Positions 38,308-47,857 of a DNA stretch of 64,000 nt are shown in pieces (position 1 is the stretch's first letter; each line of letters begins with the position of its first letter). A program made the translations under genes and the position numbers. Source of the DNA: Armatimonadota bacterium (GTDB taxonomy: Bacteria; Armatimonadota; Zipacnadia; Zipacnadales; UBA11051); assembly GCA_013178155.1 (NCBI GenBank), contig JABLXH010000018.1, positions 2,702 through 66,701 of the forward strand, written 5' to 3'. The notes below the pieces were generated by a model, which saw nothing but the letters and a program-made list of their open reading frames with translations, made no database searches and was not told the origin of the DNA.

Positions 38308-40605
38308 TCACTCGCCACTTCCCAGCCACCAGGCCTCCAGGACCGTCACCGCCAACCGCTCGGGGTCCCGCACCACCTGATGTCGCACCCCCGAAATCCG
38401 GTAAAGCTGCCTGGTCACCCCCACCGTCTCACCCCCATTGACACGGATCACCTGTCCCGGCTCCGCCTCAGGCAACAGCGGGGTAACCACGACCACATGC
38501 TCCGGGCGCGGTGACAGCTGTGCCAGCCGCTCGGCGGCCAGGCGGTTTACCGTGTCCTGCCCCACCATTCCCGGCAACGTCCATACATCCATTTTCCTCC
38601 AGCCCACGAACCTCTCGCAGCTCGGATCGCTCACTGACGCTGCATCGTACAACACGGCCCGCACCGGAGCCCCATCGGTGCCCAGACCGCACACCACCAC
38701 CCAGTTGGCGTAATCCTCGCGACCCAGGCTGCGGCGCTCCCTCCGCAGCTCCAGCACCTCCCCGGGCTCCGCCGGATCGGGTGCCACCGCATCCCGCGTG
38801 TAAAGCTCCCATGTCACCTCCGCCGGACACGCGCTCCCCAGGCCACCCGAGTGCCTTGCTACATCCTGCGCCGTCCGCATCTGCCGGCAGTACCGACAGC
38901 CCTTCCGGAAGACGCCGTCTACCCCGAACCAGAACGCCGCGTTGTAGTCAAACCGGGCCACCTCCTGCAGAAACTCCGACCAGGTGCGCCCGGCCTCCAC
39001 TTGCCAAAGAGGCTTCGCCGCCGAACCCGTCGTCAGTGCGACACCCGTATCCTCCAGCGACTGCTGGGCTGCCGCGATCCCACACCGTCCCAGCACCCAC
39101 CTGAAGACCTCCACCACCGGCCAGCCGTCGAAGACGGGCGTACGCCCTTCCGCCTTCTCATCACGCAGGCGGAGCATTCCATCGAGCACACCAATCTCGG
39201 TCTCCGCCGCCCCGCCCGACAGAAGTGCCGCCGGCGGCTCCACTACGTACCCATCACAGACCTGGCGCAGTTCCTGGTGACCTTCGTCGTCTTCCCAGCC
39301 CAGGGCTATCGTCAGCCGACGATGCTCGGACAGCTCCTTGTAGCCTCCCAGTTGCCCATCTACCCGCACCTCATAGTATGCGGTCAGCAGGTCATCTGTC
39401 CGCTCGCCCAACACCGCGATGACATCACCGCTGATGTCCGCAAACTCCAGCCCCTCATCAACCTCAACCTGCGCTTCCTGCCAAATGTGCGTCGCCAGCC
39501 ATTCCGGGGACACCCACGTGCTGAACTCCACGGCTTCCCCTGTGTCAGGGTCAGTGCCGACCTCACCCTCATAGTGCAGATGGGGCATCATCCGCACCCG
39601 CCAACTCCGCTGCGTAACCCCCAGACCCTCGCGCTCCGCCGTATCATCCGTTACCTCAACCCCAGCCAACACCTGCCCGGCATCATCAATGACCGGAATG
39701 CTTCGCCCCTCCACCCGCACCACCCCGGTGCTCTCACGGGTAGGGTACCCGGTCTCGATGGGACCACTGTGCACGGTTGCCAGAACCATCTTTACCGGGA
39801 AGAAGGAGAAGCTCCACTGGCCAGCGTTGTGCCACAGGCTCACCTTGCCCTGCCGAACAGCCGCCGGACCGTCGGCGAGTGTGCACACCATCACGTCATT
39901 AGCAAACCCGTCCGTGGACAGCACGACCTTGCCCTCCAGCACACCAATCCACAGGAAGCTGCGCTGCCCCTTGGGCAGACCCTCCAGCGACGGCAGGCGC
40001 AAGGCTCGCTCGCTGTGCGGCACGCGCTCCCATTGGCCACCAAGACGCCGAACCAGGTACATCGGTGACCCGTAGGGAATCACCACAGCCCATTCCTCCT
40101 GCTCCCCGACCCCAAAGTGCACCTCGGTATAGGGCGGCTGGCCCCAGTCATGGCCGGACCCCGGTTCCGCGCGCCACAGCGCCAGGGCAAACATGGGGTT
40201 GCGCGGTAGCGTGAAGCGACTCTCCACGCCGGTCACGATGTTCGGTGTGCCGTCCTCCTGGTAAAGGCGCACCTCCTCATTCAGCCCCAACCCCCGAAGC
40301 GCCCGCCACCGCCCGGCAACCGGTGCGAAATGGCCCAATCCGATGGCCTGAGTAGTGTCCAGGAACGGCCGACACAACACAGTATCAAGCCCCTCGGCCG
40401 CCACATGCATCGCCGCCGGATAGACGGCCCGGTACCCTTGCCCATCCCAAAGGCCCAGTGCCTCTACCGGACTCACCTGCACCTGGTTCCGCCTCATCAG
40501 GTCACCGGCCAGATCGTAGCGCCCAAAGCCATCGTACTTGGCCCGCGACCTCACTCCCGGCTCATACAGCCTGACCCGTGCTATTGGACAACCTCGCCTC
40601 GCCAT
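38308..40605 (-). CDS. Putative tail-tip/baseplate hub protein (Tal/gp27-like C-terminal half)
   Basis: WSEFLQEVA...FWFGVDGVF, NWVVVCG, AAERLAQL, LLPEAEPGQVIRV...YRISGVRHQ pattern typical of hub proteins. Confidence 0.55.
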   Translation of the reverse strand: MARRGCPIARVRLYEPGVRSRAKYDGFGRYDLAGDLMRRNQVQVSPVEALGLWDGQGYRAVYPAAMHVAAEGLDTVLCRPFLDTTQAIGLGHFAPVAGRWRALRGLGLNEEVRLYQEDGTPNIVTGVESRFTLPRNPMFALALWRAEPGSGHDWGQPPYTEVHFGVGEQEEWAVVIPYGSPMYLVRRLGGQWERVPHSERALRLPSLEGLPKGQRSFLWIGVLEGKVVLSTDGFANDVMVCTLADGPAAVRQGKVSLWHNAGQWSFSFFPVKMVLATVHSGPIETGYPTRESTGVVRVEGRSIPVIDDAGQVLAGVEVTDDTAEREGLGVTQRSWRVRMMPHLHYEGEVGTDPDTGEAVEFSTWVSPEWLATHIWQEAQVEVDEGLEFADISGDVIAVLGERTDDLLTAYYEVRVDGQLGGYKELSEHRRLTIALGWEDDEGHQELRQVCDGYVVEPPAALLSGGAAETEIGVLDGMLRLRDEKAEGRTPVFDGWPVVEVFRWVLGRCGIAAAQQSLEDTGVALTTGSAAKPLWQVEAGRTWSEFLQEVARFDYNAAFWFGVDGVFRKGCRYCRQMRTAQDVARHSGGLGSACPAEVTWELYTRDAVAPDPAEPGEVLELRRERRSLGREDYANWVVVCGLGTDGAPVRAVLYDAASVSDPSCERFVGWRKMDVWTLPGMVGQDTVNRLAAERLAQLSPRPEHVVVVTPLLPEAEPGQVIRVNGGETVGVTRQLYRISGVRHQVVRDPERLAVTVLEAWWLGSGE

Positions 40606-40629
40606 GCCATCGCTCCCGTGCGCCCCGGT

Positions 40630-43600
40630 CTAGCTCCCGACCACCAACCACCGCCCACCATCATCCACACTGTGAGCTCTTGCCACTGCTCCCGCATGTT
40701 CCCACAGCAAGACCAACCTCCCCGTCCCATCCTTCTCCACCGTCGGGTTCGTGTTGTCGCCGTCGCTGGTCACCGCTCGCCCTGTCTCCCACTGACCGGG
40801 TAGTCCCCCCCGCCGCGTCATCCACACCTCACCCTCCTGACCCCAGAACAGAAAGAGCTGTCCCACCGCGTCGTCCAGGAGGTGCGGCCCGCCCCAGAGG
40901 CCACCGATCTGCCAGGCCACATGCGTGGGCGCCCGCTCCGTCACCGAGACCCCTGCCCCTGGCGCCAACAGCGGCCCATCGTTGACCAACGCGAATCGGC
41001 ACTGCCCACTCGGCGGCGCCTCCACGATCCGCACGTCTGTCACCGCGTCGTAGAGCCCTGCTCCCTCGTATGGGGCGCCCACCAACTCCGCCCGCGACTT
41101 GCTCACTGGCGTGACCGGAATGACCTGCCCTACGGGATCCTCCTCGTTCGGCCCTCGCGTGCCCGCAGGGATCACCACCCGCCGCGTCTCCACCATGCCG
41201 TCTGACCGACGGCAGTCCACCTCCACCACCGCCTGCTCCTCTTGCACGTACCCCCACGGAAAGCACAGCTTCACCTGTGACAGACCCAGCTCCCGTCCAA
41301 CCTCGGGCAGCTCACCGAAGTACTCCAGGTCATGCCCGGCGATGAAGGGCGGGTTGTGCGCCAGGTCAAAGCGTCCAAACCCCTTCCCGTCGTCCACCTC
41401 ATCCACATGGCGCGCAAACCATCGCGGCGCGTTCGTCGCCTGCCCCAGCCCGCCCTGAACCAGATAGTCGTCCGTCTCGTTGTAGAGATCAGGCCGCCAG
41501 TGCCGTCGCACTCGGCTCGCCGCCACTCCACCGCCTCGCCGCACACGCAGGAAGCCTAGGGCATAGGCAGCCTCTCCCGCCAACAGTCCCGGCGTCAGGA
41601 AATGCGTGCGCCCATCCATCGCCTCCGCAGCCCCGAAGCAGTCGGCACATTGTATGCAATACCCGCGTCGGTACCCCGGTACGTCCGGATCCCGCCACGT
41701 CGGGCCGCCGCAGTAGGGACAGAGCAGGTCCGTCCAGCAGCTTGCCTCCGCTCCGCCCTCAAACGCCCGCTCCGCGCGAACCTGTGTGTACCACTCGTGC
41801 TCCCCGAACTCCAGCCCCAGCCGCAGGGCCTCCGGGAGTTCAACCCCGATGGGCGCCGAGTGTCCAGCCACCACGCCTCCCTTGACCTTCCCGCCGATCA
41901 GGAACTTCGCTTCAGGATAGTAGCCAGAGGCCCGGAACTGACCTGCCAGGTCCTCATACTCGCAAAACGACTGCGACCGTAACCCGAAGCTGCTCTGCAG
42001 CACACCGCTCTCCGACCAGAGGCTGTACTCCCGCAACTGCGGACCGGATAGGAGCAACTCCCAGGGATCAGCCACATAGCGAAACTTGGGCAACGCCTCG
42101 ACCGTCACCCAGCCCCCATAAGCAGCCTCTTCGGTCTCATAGCGCTGCTGTGTCTGCGTGTCCTCAACCCAGATCCCGTCTTGCAGGTACTGGAAGTTCG
42201 CGTGTCCCCGGTCACCCTTGCGCCACAGCTCGGGCTTGTAGATCTCCTGCCACCCGGCGTAGGCCCTGGCGCCCAGGACCACGTCCGAATACGGGTATCC
42301 CAGCACGGGCACGCTCCCCCAGACCGCATCATGCACCCACGGGTCTCCGCTCAGGCCGTCCTGCGGAATCTCCACCTCCCAGTACCCGCTCTCATCGGTC
42401 TCGGCGATCGGCTCTCCAAACTCTCCTGTCTCGTAGTTGAGCGGCAGGATGGACACCCCAACCGCCGGTCGCCCCATCCGCTCGTAGACCCGGCCCGCGA
42501 TGACGCCAGCCTCCGGGTCGTAGAAGCGCATGGCTCCCATGTCCACCGTCGCCGTCTCGCCCTCGCGCACCACCACACTCTTTCGCGCGCACCCGTACCT
42601 GCTGTCCCATTCCCCCCACGCATCGCGCCGAAACTGAACCACCGTGTGTTCGCCGCTCGGTAAGCCGGTCACCGTCACCATGCCATCCGTCGGGACCAGG
42701 TACGCATCTCCCGCCTCGTCATGAACCCCTACCCTCACCCACGCCCCTGGTTCCCCGGTTATCTGCAGCCGCCCGCTCAGGAGGTCTATGACCGCCTCCT
42801 CACCCTCACGCAACTCCGCTCTCCGTCCCCGATAGACCATCCACAGCTTGTCCACGTGTCGGTCAGACCGCTGCCCCGCCGTCTCCGCACTCTCATCGCG
42901 CCGGTCTCCGGCTCGCTGGTAGATCGCCCCGTGGCCCTTTGGACACACGAAGCTCCAGCGCCCATCCGCGTCCGTCCGGATGGGCGCCACCACACTTGGG
43001 CCCTCAACCCACGTCTCCAACTCCGGCGACCAGATGAGTTCGTTGTACTCCTGGCTGTCCCAGAAGCGACTCTCCACGCCCTGGTGGTCAACGGTAATGC
43101 CCTCCAGGCTGACGTTGGCCCCCTCCACGGGCGCCCCATTGTGCAGCACCCGCCCCCGCACCCGGTAGCCCATCACAAAGGTCTCGTCCAGCGGCGGCGC
43201 ACAGAACTCCTCAGGCTGTAGCCGTCGCCCCCAGTAAGGGTCATCTACCATGACCACGTACTTCCCTGTCAGGGCCCCCACCGGAGTCCGGAAGTCCATG
43301 GCCTCCAGGGCGATCTGCTCCACCAGGTACACGTCAGCACCGTCCAGGACCGTGTCCGGCTCTAGGGCCTTGTACACGCGGCCCGTCACGACCCCTCCTG
43401 CGGCCTCAAAGCTGACCAGGCCCCCACTCGTCCGTTTCCGGGCCACGGTCACTCCCCATTGACCACCCAGTTGCACCAACTCGGGCCGCCACTCTTCAGA
43501 CGCCGCCCCATCCAGCAGTGTCGCGCACTCCGCCAGCTCCTCGACCTCGCTCCAGTCCCGCCTGGGCGTTGCCCTCGAAAGCCCAACTAGCTGCTCCAGA

Positions 43601-43842
43601 CACCCCGCCACCTCGGCCGCAATCCCGCGCTCCAGCGCCGTGCGGTCTGCACCATCGTAGTCCAGCCCACTGGTCCCGTCGGAGCGCCAGGCCTGCTCAA
43701 CCAGCGCCAGTGCAAGGTACGTGAGGCCAGCCTTCAAAGCGCCCACTCCAACCGGGTTGTCCTCAGCCTCCGCCTCCCGGGCCCGGACCACACCGACCAG
43801 CCCCGCTATCCTCTCGCCCAGACCCGGCTGCACCAGACCCAT
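40630..43842 (-). CDS. Large putative tail-associated protein with carboxypeptidase-regulatory-like repeats, CxxC zinc finger and C-terminal Asp-box
   Basis: VRGRVLHNGAPVEGANV and IAGRVYERMGRPAVGV; CPYC...CIQC; SVDDGGRW. Confidence 0.5.
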   Translation of the reverse strand: MGLVQPGLGERIAGLVGVVRAREAEAEDNPVGVGALKAGLTYLALALVEQAWRSDGTSGLDYDGADRTALERGIAAEVAGCLEQLVGLSRATPRRDWSEVEELAECATLLDGAASEEWRPELVQLGGQWGVTVARKRTSGGLVSFEAAGGVVTGRVYKALEPDTVLDGADVYLVEQIALEAMDFRTPVGALTGKYVVMVDDPYWGRRLQPEEFCAPPLDETFVMGYRVRGRVLHNGAPVEGANVSLEGITVDHQGVESRFWDSQEYNELIWSPELETWVEGPSVVAPIRTDADGRWSFVCPKGHGAIYQRAGDRRDESAETAGQRSDRHVDKLWMVYRGRRAELREGEEAVIDLLSGRLQITGEPGAWVRVGVHDEAGDAYLVPTDGMVTVTGLPSGEHTVVQFRRDAWGEWDSRYGCARKSVVVREGETATVDMGAMRFYDPEAGVIAGRVYERMGRPAVGVSILPLNYETGEFGEPIAETDESGYWEVEIPQDGLSGDPWVHDAVWGSVPVLGYPYSDVVLGARAYAGWQEIYKPELWRKGDRGHANFQYLQDGIWVEDTQTQQRYETEEAAYGGWVTVEALPKFRYVADPWELLLSGPQLREYSLWSESGVLQSSFGLRSQSFCEYEDLAGQFRASGYYPEAKFLIGGKVKGGVVAGHSAPIGVELPEALRLGLEFGEHEWYTQVRAERAFEGGAEASCWTDLLCPYCGGPTWRDPDVPGYRRGYCIQCADCFGAAEAMDGRTHFLTPGLLAGEAAYALGFLRVRRGGGVAASRVRRHWRPDLYNETDDYLVQGGLGQATNAPRWFARHVDEVDDGKGFGRFDLAHNPPFIAGHDLEYFGELPEVGRELGLSQVKLCFPWGYVQEEQAVVEVDCRRSDGMVETRRVVIPAGTRGPNEEDPVGQVIPVTPVSKSRAELVGAPYEGAGLYDAVTDVRIVEAPPSGQCRFALVNDGPLLAPGAGVSVTERAPTHVAWQIGGLWGGPHLLDDAVGQLFLFWGQEGEVWMTRRGGLPGQWETGRAVTSDGDNTNPTVEKDGTGRLVLLWEHAGAVARAHSVDDGGRWLVVGS

Positions 43843-43930
43843 ATGCCCACCTCTTATCCCGCCAGGGCCCTTCCCTCGACCGCCCGGGCCCCCGCAACAA
43901 TCACCGGAACCAGCTTCGGGCAGGGCGCTG

Positions 43931-44641
43931 CTACCAGCGAGCCATGTCTAACCTCAGCCGCTCCTCCGCCGCTGCCACCATCGCCGCCGCCCGTTCCTTC
44001 GCCCGTCGCCACTCCCGACGTCGGTCCCGGGCCAACCCGTGACCCGTTTCGTGCGTCTCGCCCAGCCGGGACTGACCGCGCTTCCCCTCCCGCTCACCGG
44101 CACCCGGCGTCGCTGGCCGGCGCCGCACTATCGGCCCCAGCACCTCACGCACCGTGCCGACGGCCATGGCCGCCTTCATCTCAAACTCGGCCGTCCGGAG
44201 ACCCCGCCCCCCACCAGGACCATTGGCATTCAGCTCCAGTCGCACTGGCTGCCGGCCGCTGACGGCCCGAGCAGACATCGAACCTGGCCTTGCGGGCGCC
44301 ATACGCCTTGCCCCCGTCCCGTCGGCCGCTGGCTCCCGTGCGCTGTCGCGCCATCGTCCTGCCACGGTGCCCTCCTGACCCCTCACGGCCTCCTGGGTTG
44401 CCCGACCCCTGAGGTCCTCCTCCGCGACCTGCATCCCCCGCTGCAGCCTCCCCTCTCGCTCCTCGGTCAGCGCGTACTTCCCAACGTGATGGGCCGCATC
44501 GGCCGTCACTTCGACTTCGGGCAACCCCCGGGCTACCACCGACTGGGCCGACCGGGCTATGCGCGGCCCCTCTGTCTGCGCCAACATCACTGGCACCGGC
44601 GCCCTCTTGAGCCTCCGTCTCCCCTTGCTCTCACCAACCAT
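43931..44641 (-). CDS. Hypothetical protein at the tape-measure position (short, Arg/Ala-rich)
   Basis: Directly follows the chaperone pair and overlaps its stop; 236 aa; no typical TMP repeats. Confidence 0.35.
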   Translation of the reverse strand: MVGESKGRRRLKRAPVPVMLAQTEGPRIARSAQSVVARGLPEVEVTADAAHHVGKYALTEEREGRLQRGMQVAEEDLRGRATQEAVRGQEGTVAGRWRDSAREPAADGTGARRMAPARPGSMSARAVSGRQPVRLELNANGPGGGRGLRTAEFEMKAAMAVGTVREVLGPIVRRRPATPGAGEREGKRGQSRLGETHETGHGLARDRRREWRRAKERAAAMVAAAEERLRLDMARW

Positions 44642-44969
44642 CGTCCCGCGGACCTCCCGCTCGGTCCCAACCCCTCCAGTACGCCCGCTGCAACTCCGCC
44701 CGCCACGCCTCCACCAACAACTCAGGGGGCGCCGCAGGGCGCCCCCCTCTCCACACGTCCTCCAGAGCCCGCCAGGTTAGCAGCACCCACCCGGGCAAGG
44801 GTCGCGCCGTCCACCCCTCGCTGCCTGCGAGGGCCTCCAGCTCCCGCTGATCCGCGAAGTCAACCCCCTCCCGCCTCTGCGGGGCCGCACTTGCCGGAAG
44901 CCAAGCCGCCAGATCGGCCAGACCAACCGTCGCCGCAGTCATCTGCAGCGCCCCCAGCCAAGTCAGTTT
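44631..44969 (-). CDS. Tail assembly chaperone -1 frameshift extension (gpGT-like)
   Basis: The -1 frame is open from the A8C tract (44974-44966) through ATG 44942 to the stop at 44631. Confidence 0.65.
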   Translation of the reverse strand, partial: KLTWLGALQMTAATVGLADLAAWLPASAAPQRREGVDFADQRELEALAGSEGWTARPLPGWVLLTWRALEDVWRGGRPAAPPELLVEAWRAELQRAYWRGWDRAGGPRDDGW

Positions 44970-45385
44970 TTTTTGGCCAGCTCGATCTCCGCTCTCTGCT
45001 CAGGCAGACGGTGGTTAACCTCGGCGATGACCTCCTGCACCCAGTCGCTCAGCGGCGGCGTCAAGGCCATCAGCAGCCTTACCCTCTCCTCCGGGTCTTC
45101 CGGGCGCCCCTCCCACGCAACGCTCCCGTCCGACCCCGGGGCGGCCAGGTGGAAAGCCACGACGCTGTGCCGAAAGTCATACTCGGCCATCGCCCTCAGG
45201 TCATACCGCCTTCTCACCTGCACCGCTGCGTCGCCAACCCCTCCGCTTACCAGCAGGTACTCCTCATATAGGCCCAGGCTCTCCCGCTCCAGCGCCTCCG
45301 CTTCAGTCAGCGCCCGCACCTCTATCCAGCCCTCGCCCTCAGGCCTCTCGTACACCCGACTCGGCGGTTGCCACTCACCATTCAT
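44963..45385 (-). CDS. Tail assembly chaperone (gpG-like)
   Basis: Follows the tail tube gene; WIEVRALT motif; ends GCC AAA AAA AAC TGA (slippery heptamer A AAA AAC). Confidence 0.7.
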   Translation of the reverse strand: MNGEWQPPSRVYERPEGEGWIEVRALTEAEALERESLGLYEEYLLVSGGVGDAAVQVRRRYDLRAMAEYDFRHSVVAFHLAAPGSDGSVAWEGRPEDPEERVRLLMALTPPLSDWVQEVIAEVNHRLPEQRAEIELAKKN

Positions 45386-45394
45386 CGCTCGCTC

Positions 45395-46300
45395 CTAAGC
45401 CAGCACCACCGGCGGCGTCAGACCATCGAGGCTTCCCAGCCCCACGAACTGCACCGTCTCCACGATCCGCTGCTCGTGCGACCCTGGCAGGCCCAGATCA
45501 CTCTCGGTGTACAAGACGCGGGGCAGGGCGATGCTCGCTACGTTCGCGCCCCGGACCAACTCAATCCTCAGCGCTGCCTCCTGCCCCGCCGCGAAGTCGC
45601 TGTAGACCCTCGTGTCCACAAAGTCGCGACTGATCAGCCCCCGGCAACGCAGCCCGCTGAGGTTGTAAAGCTGCTGGGGATGTTTGCCACCCGTCAGCCG
45701 CAGGCCCTCGGCAGGTTCCTCCAGCATGTTGTCTATCACCAGGCGAATCCGTTCGCAGGCCACATCCTCCAGTAGCTGACCGCCACCACTGGCCAGTGCC
45801 ACCTCGGCCTCCTGATACAGATAGGGCGCTGTCGTCGGCAGACTCGGGGACGGATGCGCACCCCTCTCCATCTTCAGCGCCGCCAACTCCAGAGTGCACG
45901 TCACCGGCTGGCCCTTCACGAAGTCCATGACCATCCGCCGCACCTTGGCATCGGTCAACTGCTTGACCTCGTTCACGCAGTCCACTACCACCGACGCCCA
46001 CTTGCCCTGACTGTCCGCATCTCGATCCTGGACCCAGGAAAACAACGCGGTCAGTGCCCCGGGCACCAGTGGCACCGTCACCTTGCCTTCGGCCCACTCA
46101 CCAGCGCTGTAGTACTTGCTCTCGTAGGCGTTGTGATCCGCCATGTCCAGCGTGACATAGCTCTTCTGCCACTTCAGTGTGTCACTCTGACCACCGGGAC
46201 CTGCCATCAGGGGCAGCCATACACTCGGCGCCACATACTCCCCCTTGCTGGCCTGCAACCCAAACCCAAAGGCGCCCTCCTGCGCCAACGCCACTCCCAT
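45395..46300 (-). CDS. Phage tail tube (major tail) protein
   Basis: About 300 aa; N-terminal GFGLQASKGEYVAP, IRLVIDNML, IALPRVLY; sits between the terminator and chaperone genes. Confidence 0.7.
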   Translation of the reverse strand: MGVALAQEGAFGFGLQASKGEYVAPSVWLPLMAGPGGQSDTLKWQKSYVTLDMADHNAYESKYYSAGEWAEGKVTVPLVPGALTALFSWVQDRDADSQGKWASVVVDCVNEVKQLTDAKVRRMVMDFVKGQPVTCTLELAALKMERGAHPSPSLPTTAPYLYQEAEVALASGGGQLLEDVACERIRLVIDNMLEEPAEGLRLTGGKHPQQLYNLSGLRCRGLISRDFVDTRVYSDFAAGQEAALRIELVRGANVASIALPRVLYTESDLGLPGSHEQRIVETVQFVGLGSLDGLTPPVVLA

Positions 46301-46503
46301 CCTGCGCACCACCTTCCTCAGTACCTAACCGTTCGTCCCGGCCCCATCCGCCGGGCGTGTTTCGCCTCCCTGGTACGCCCTGCGTTCCCGCCAGGCTCGC
46401 CGCCCTCCCTGTTCCCTGACCTTCACCTCGCAGAGCAGCCACCAGGCGGCGATGTCCGCGTTCGCGCCTCTCCAATCTGTGCGAAGAGACACGAGGGGAG
46501 TTG

Positions 46504-47190
46504 TCACCCGCTCCACAACTCTGACCGCTTTGCCAGCACCCCGATTCGTGCCACGCGCAGCCCCGGCACCTTCGACCCCAGCTCCTCTGCCACTCGACTC
46601 TGCAACTCCACCTCGACCACCTGAGCGTGCCAGCAGGTCTCGCTCAGGTAGGGGTCAGCCATCACCAGGTTGAACAGGTCAGCCACCTTGGCGCCCAGCA
46701 CTTCCTCCGCACTCTCGCCCTCGCCCCCCTGACGCAGGTAGTAGACGTCCATCAGGTACTCCTGCTGGTACATGCGATTGCTGCCGGTGTTGGCCGGCTG
46801 GTTCATACGCACCGGGCACACCACCGCAGCCGGCAACTGCAGCGAGTGGGGCAGAGGCATCAGCCACGGCTGCCCACTGGCTACCCAACGCAACTCGGCT
46901 CCCGCCCCCTCAGCTAGCTGCAGCACCGCGCCCTGCACGGGCCCGAAGCTGCCCTCTACCTCCGTCCACAGCCGCACCTCCGTACTGCTGATCCGCTCCG
47001 CCACCTCATGCTGCTCAACCTGCCCCCCGTTATCCACCAGCCGAACTGCCGTCCCCGGCGCAAACAGCCGGGTGCTTCTGACTCGGACCCGATCCGACCC
47101 GTCAGTCGCTGCCGTCAGCTCCGAAGCCCCCTGCACGGCCATACGCAGCGCCTGCACAATCTCATTCTGATGGTACATGTCCACTCCCAT
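46504..47190 (-). CDS. Putative tail terminator/completion protein with inserted beta domain
   Basis: LPAAVVCP...MDVYY...DPYLSETC pattern of tail terminators; ~65-aa insertion near the N-terminus. Confidence 0.55.
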   Translation of the reverse strand: MGVDMYHQNEIVQALRMAVQGASELTAATDGSDRVRVRSTRLFAPGTAVRLVDNGGQVEQHEVAERISSTEVRLWTEVEGSFGPVQGAVLQLAEGAGAELRWVASGQPWLMPLPHSLQLPAAVVCPVRMNQPANTGSNRMYQQEYLMDVYYLRQGGEGESAEEVLGAKVADLFNLVMADPYLSETCWHAQVVEVELQSRVAEELGSKVPGLRVARIGVLAKRSELWSG

Positions 47191-47245
47191 GGAGCCACCT
47201 GCCCTTCCGCGCCATCACACCATCCCCTGCCATCGCCTTCTCCCT

Positions 47246-47284
47246 CCCCCTCTCCGCTGTGTGGCGGGGGAGCCAGGGGGTGAG
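47246..47284. repeat. REP-like hairpin copy 1 (degenerate)
   Basis: CCCCCTCTCCGC-TGTGTG-GCGGGGG-AGCCAGGGGGTGAG. Confidence 0.7.
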
Positions 47285-47291
47285 AACCCTC

Positions 47292-47837
47292 CTACCACAG
47301 CCGCCGCACCACAACCCGACGGTGATGCCCCAGACCCGCTTCGTCCTCCACGCCCAGCACCTCATAGCGCTGTCGCAGCGCTACCGGGCTTCCCTCTGCA
47401 TGCGCCACCTCCACAGGTCGCTCCAGCAGGAACCCTTCTCCTGACCATTCCGCCACCCGCCGCACCTCGCGACCGGCGCCCTCGCCAATCTCGATCTCAT
47501 CTCCTGCCAACAGGCTGAGAGCCCCGGAGACCTGGATGACCTGATCCGCCACCTCCAGCGGCTCGGCCAGCACGCCTTGCGCAGCCCGTCTCACCACCAG
47601 GTCGCCCACCGCCACCTCCGGAACGACCCCGGCCAGGTACACCACGTGGCTGCTTTCGGGGTACAACCCCAGCAACCCCGACCGCGCCGTCGCCCCCGCC
47701 GGCTGCACCAGGCCCTTGACGCTGGCCACCAGGACATACTCCGGGTTGGCCACTCCCAGCTCCGGCCCACTGGCAACCGTCGCCCGCTCGATGCCGAGAT
47801 CATGCTCCAGCAACGCCGCCAACGCCACATCCACCAT
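47292..47837 (-). CDS. Putative head-closure (head-tail joining) protein with inserted beta domain
   Basis: IERAT...VKGLVQP...HVVYL...VAVGDLV...YEVLGVED..GLGHH stopper pattern with an internal insertion. Confidence 0.6.
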   Translation of the reverse strand: MVDVALAALLEHDLGIERATVASGPELGVANPEYVLVASVKGLVQPAGATARSGLLGLYPESSHVVYLAGVVPEVAVGDLVVRRAAQGVLAEPLEVADQVIQVSGALSLLAGDEIEIGEGAGREVRRVAEWSGEGFLLERPVEVAHAEGSPVALRQRYEVLGVEDEAGLGHHRRVVVRRLW

Positions 47838-47857
47838 CGCTCACCCCTCGCTCTCCC

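Noticed and set aside
45395-47190. Contractile tailocin, eCIS or T6SS interpretation of the cluster
   Set aside because: No sheath or baseplate J/wedge genes were recognised, and full head and packaging genes are present.
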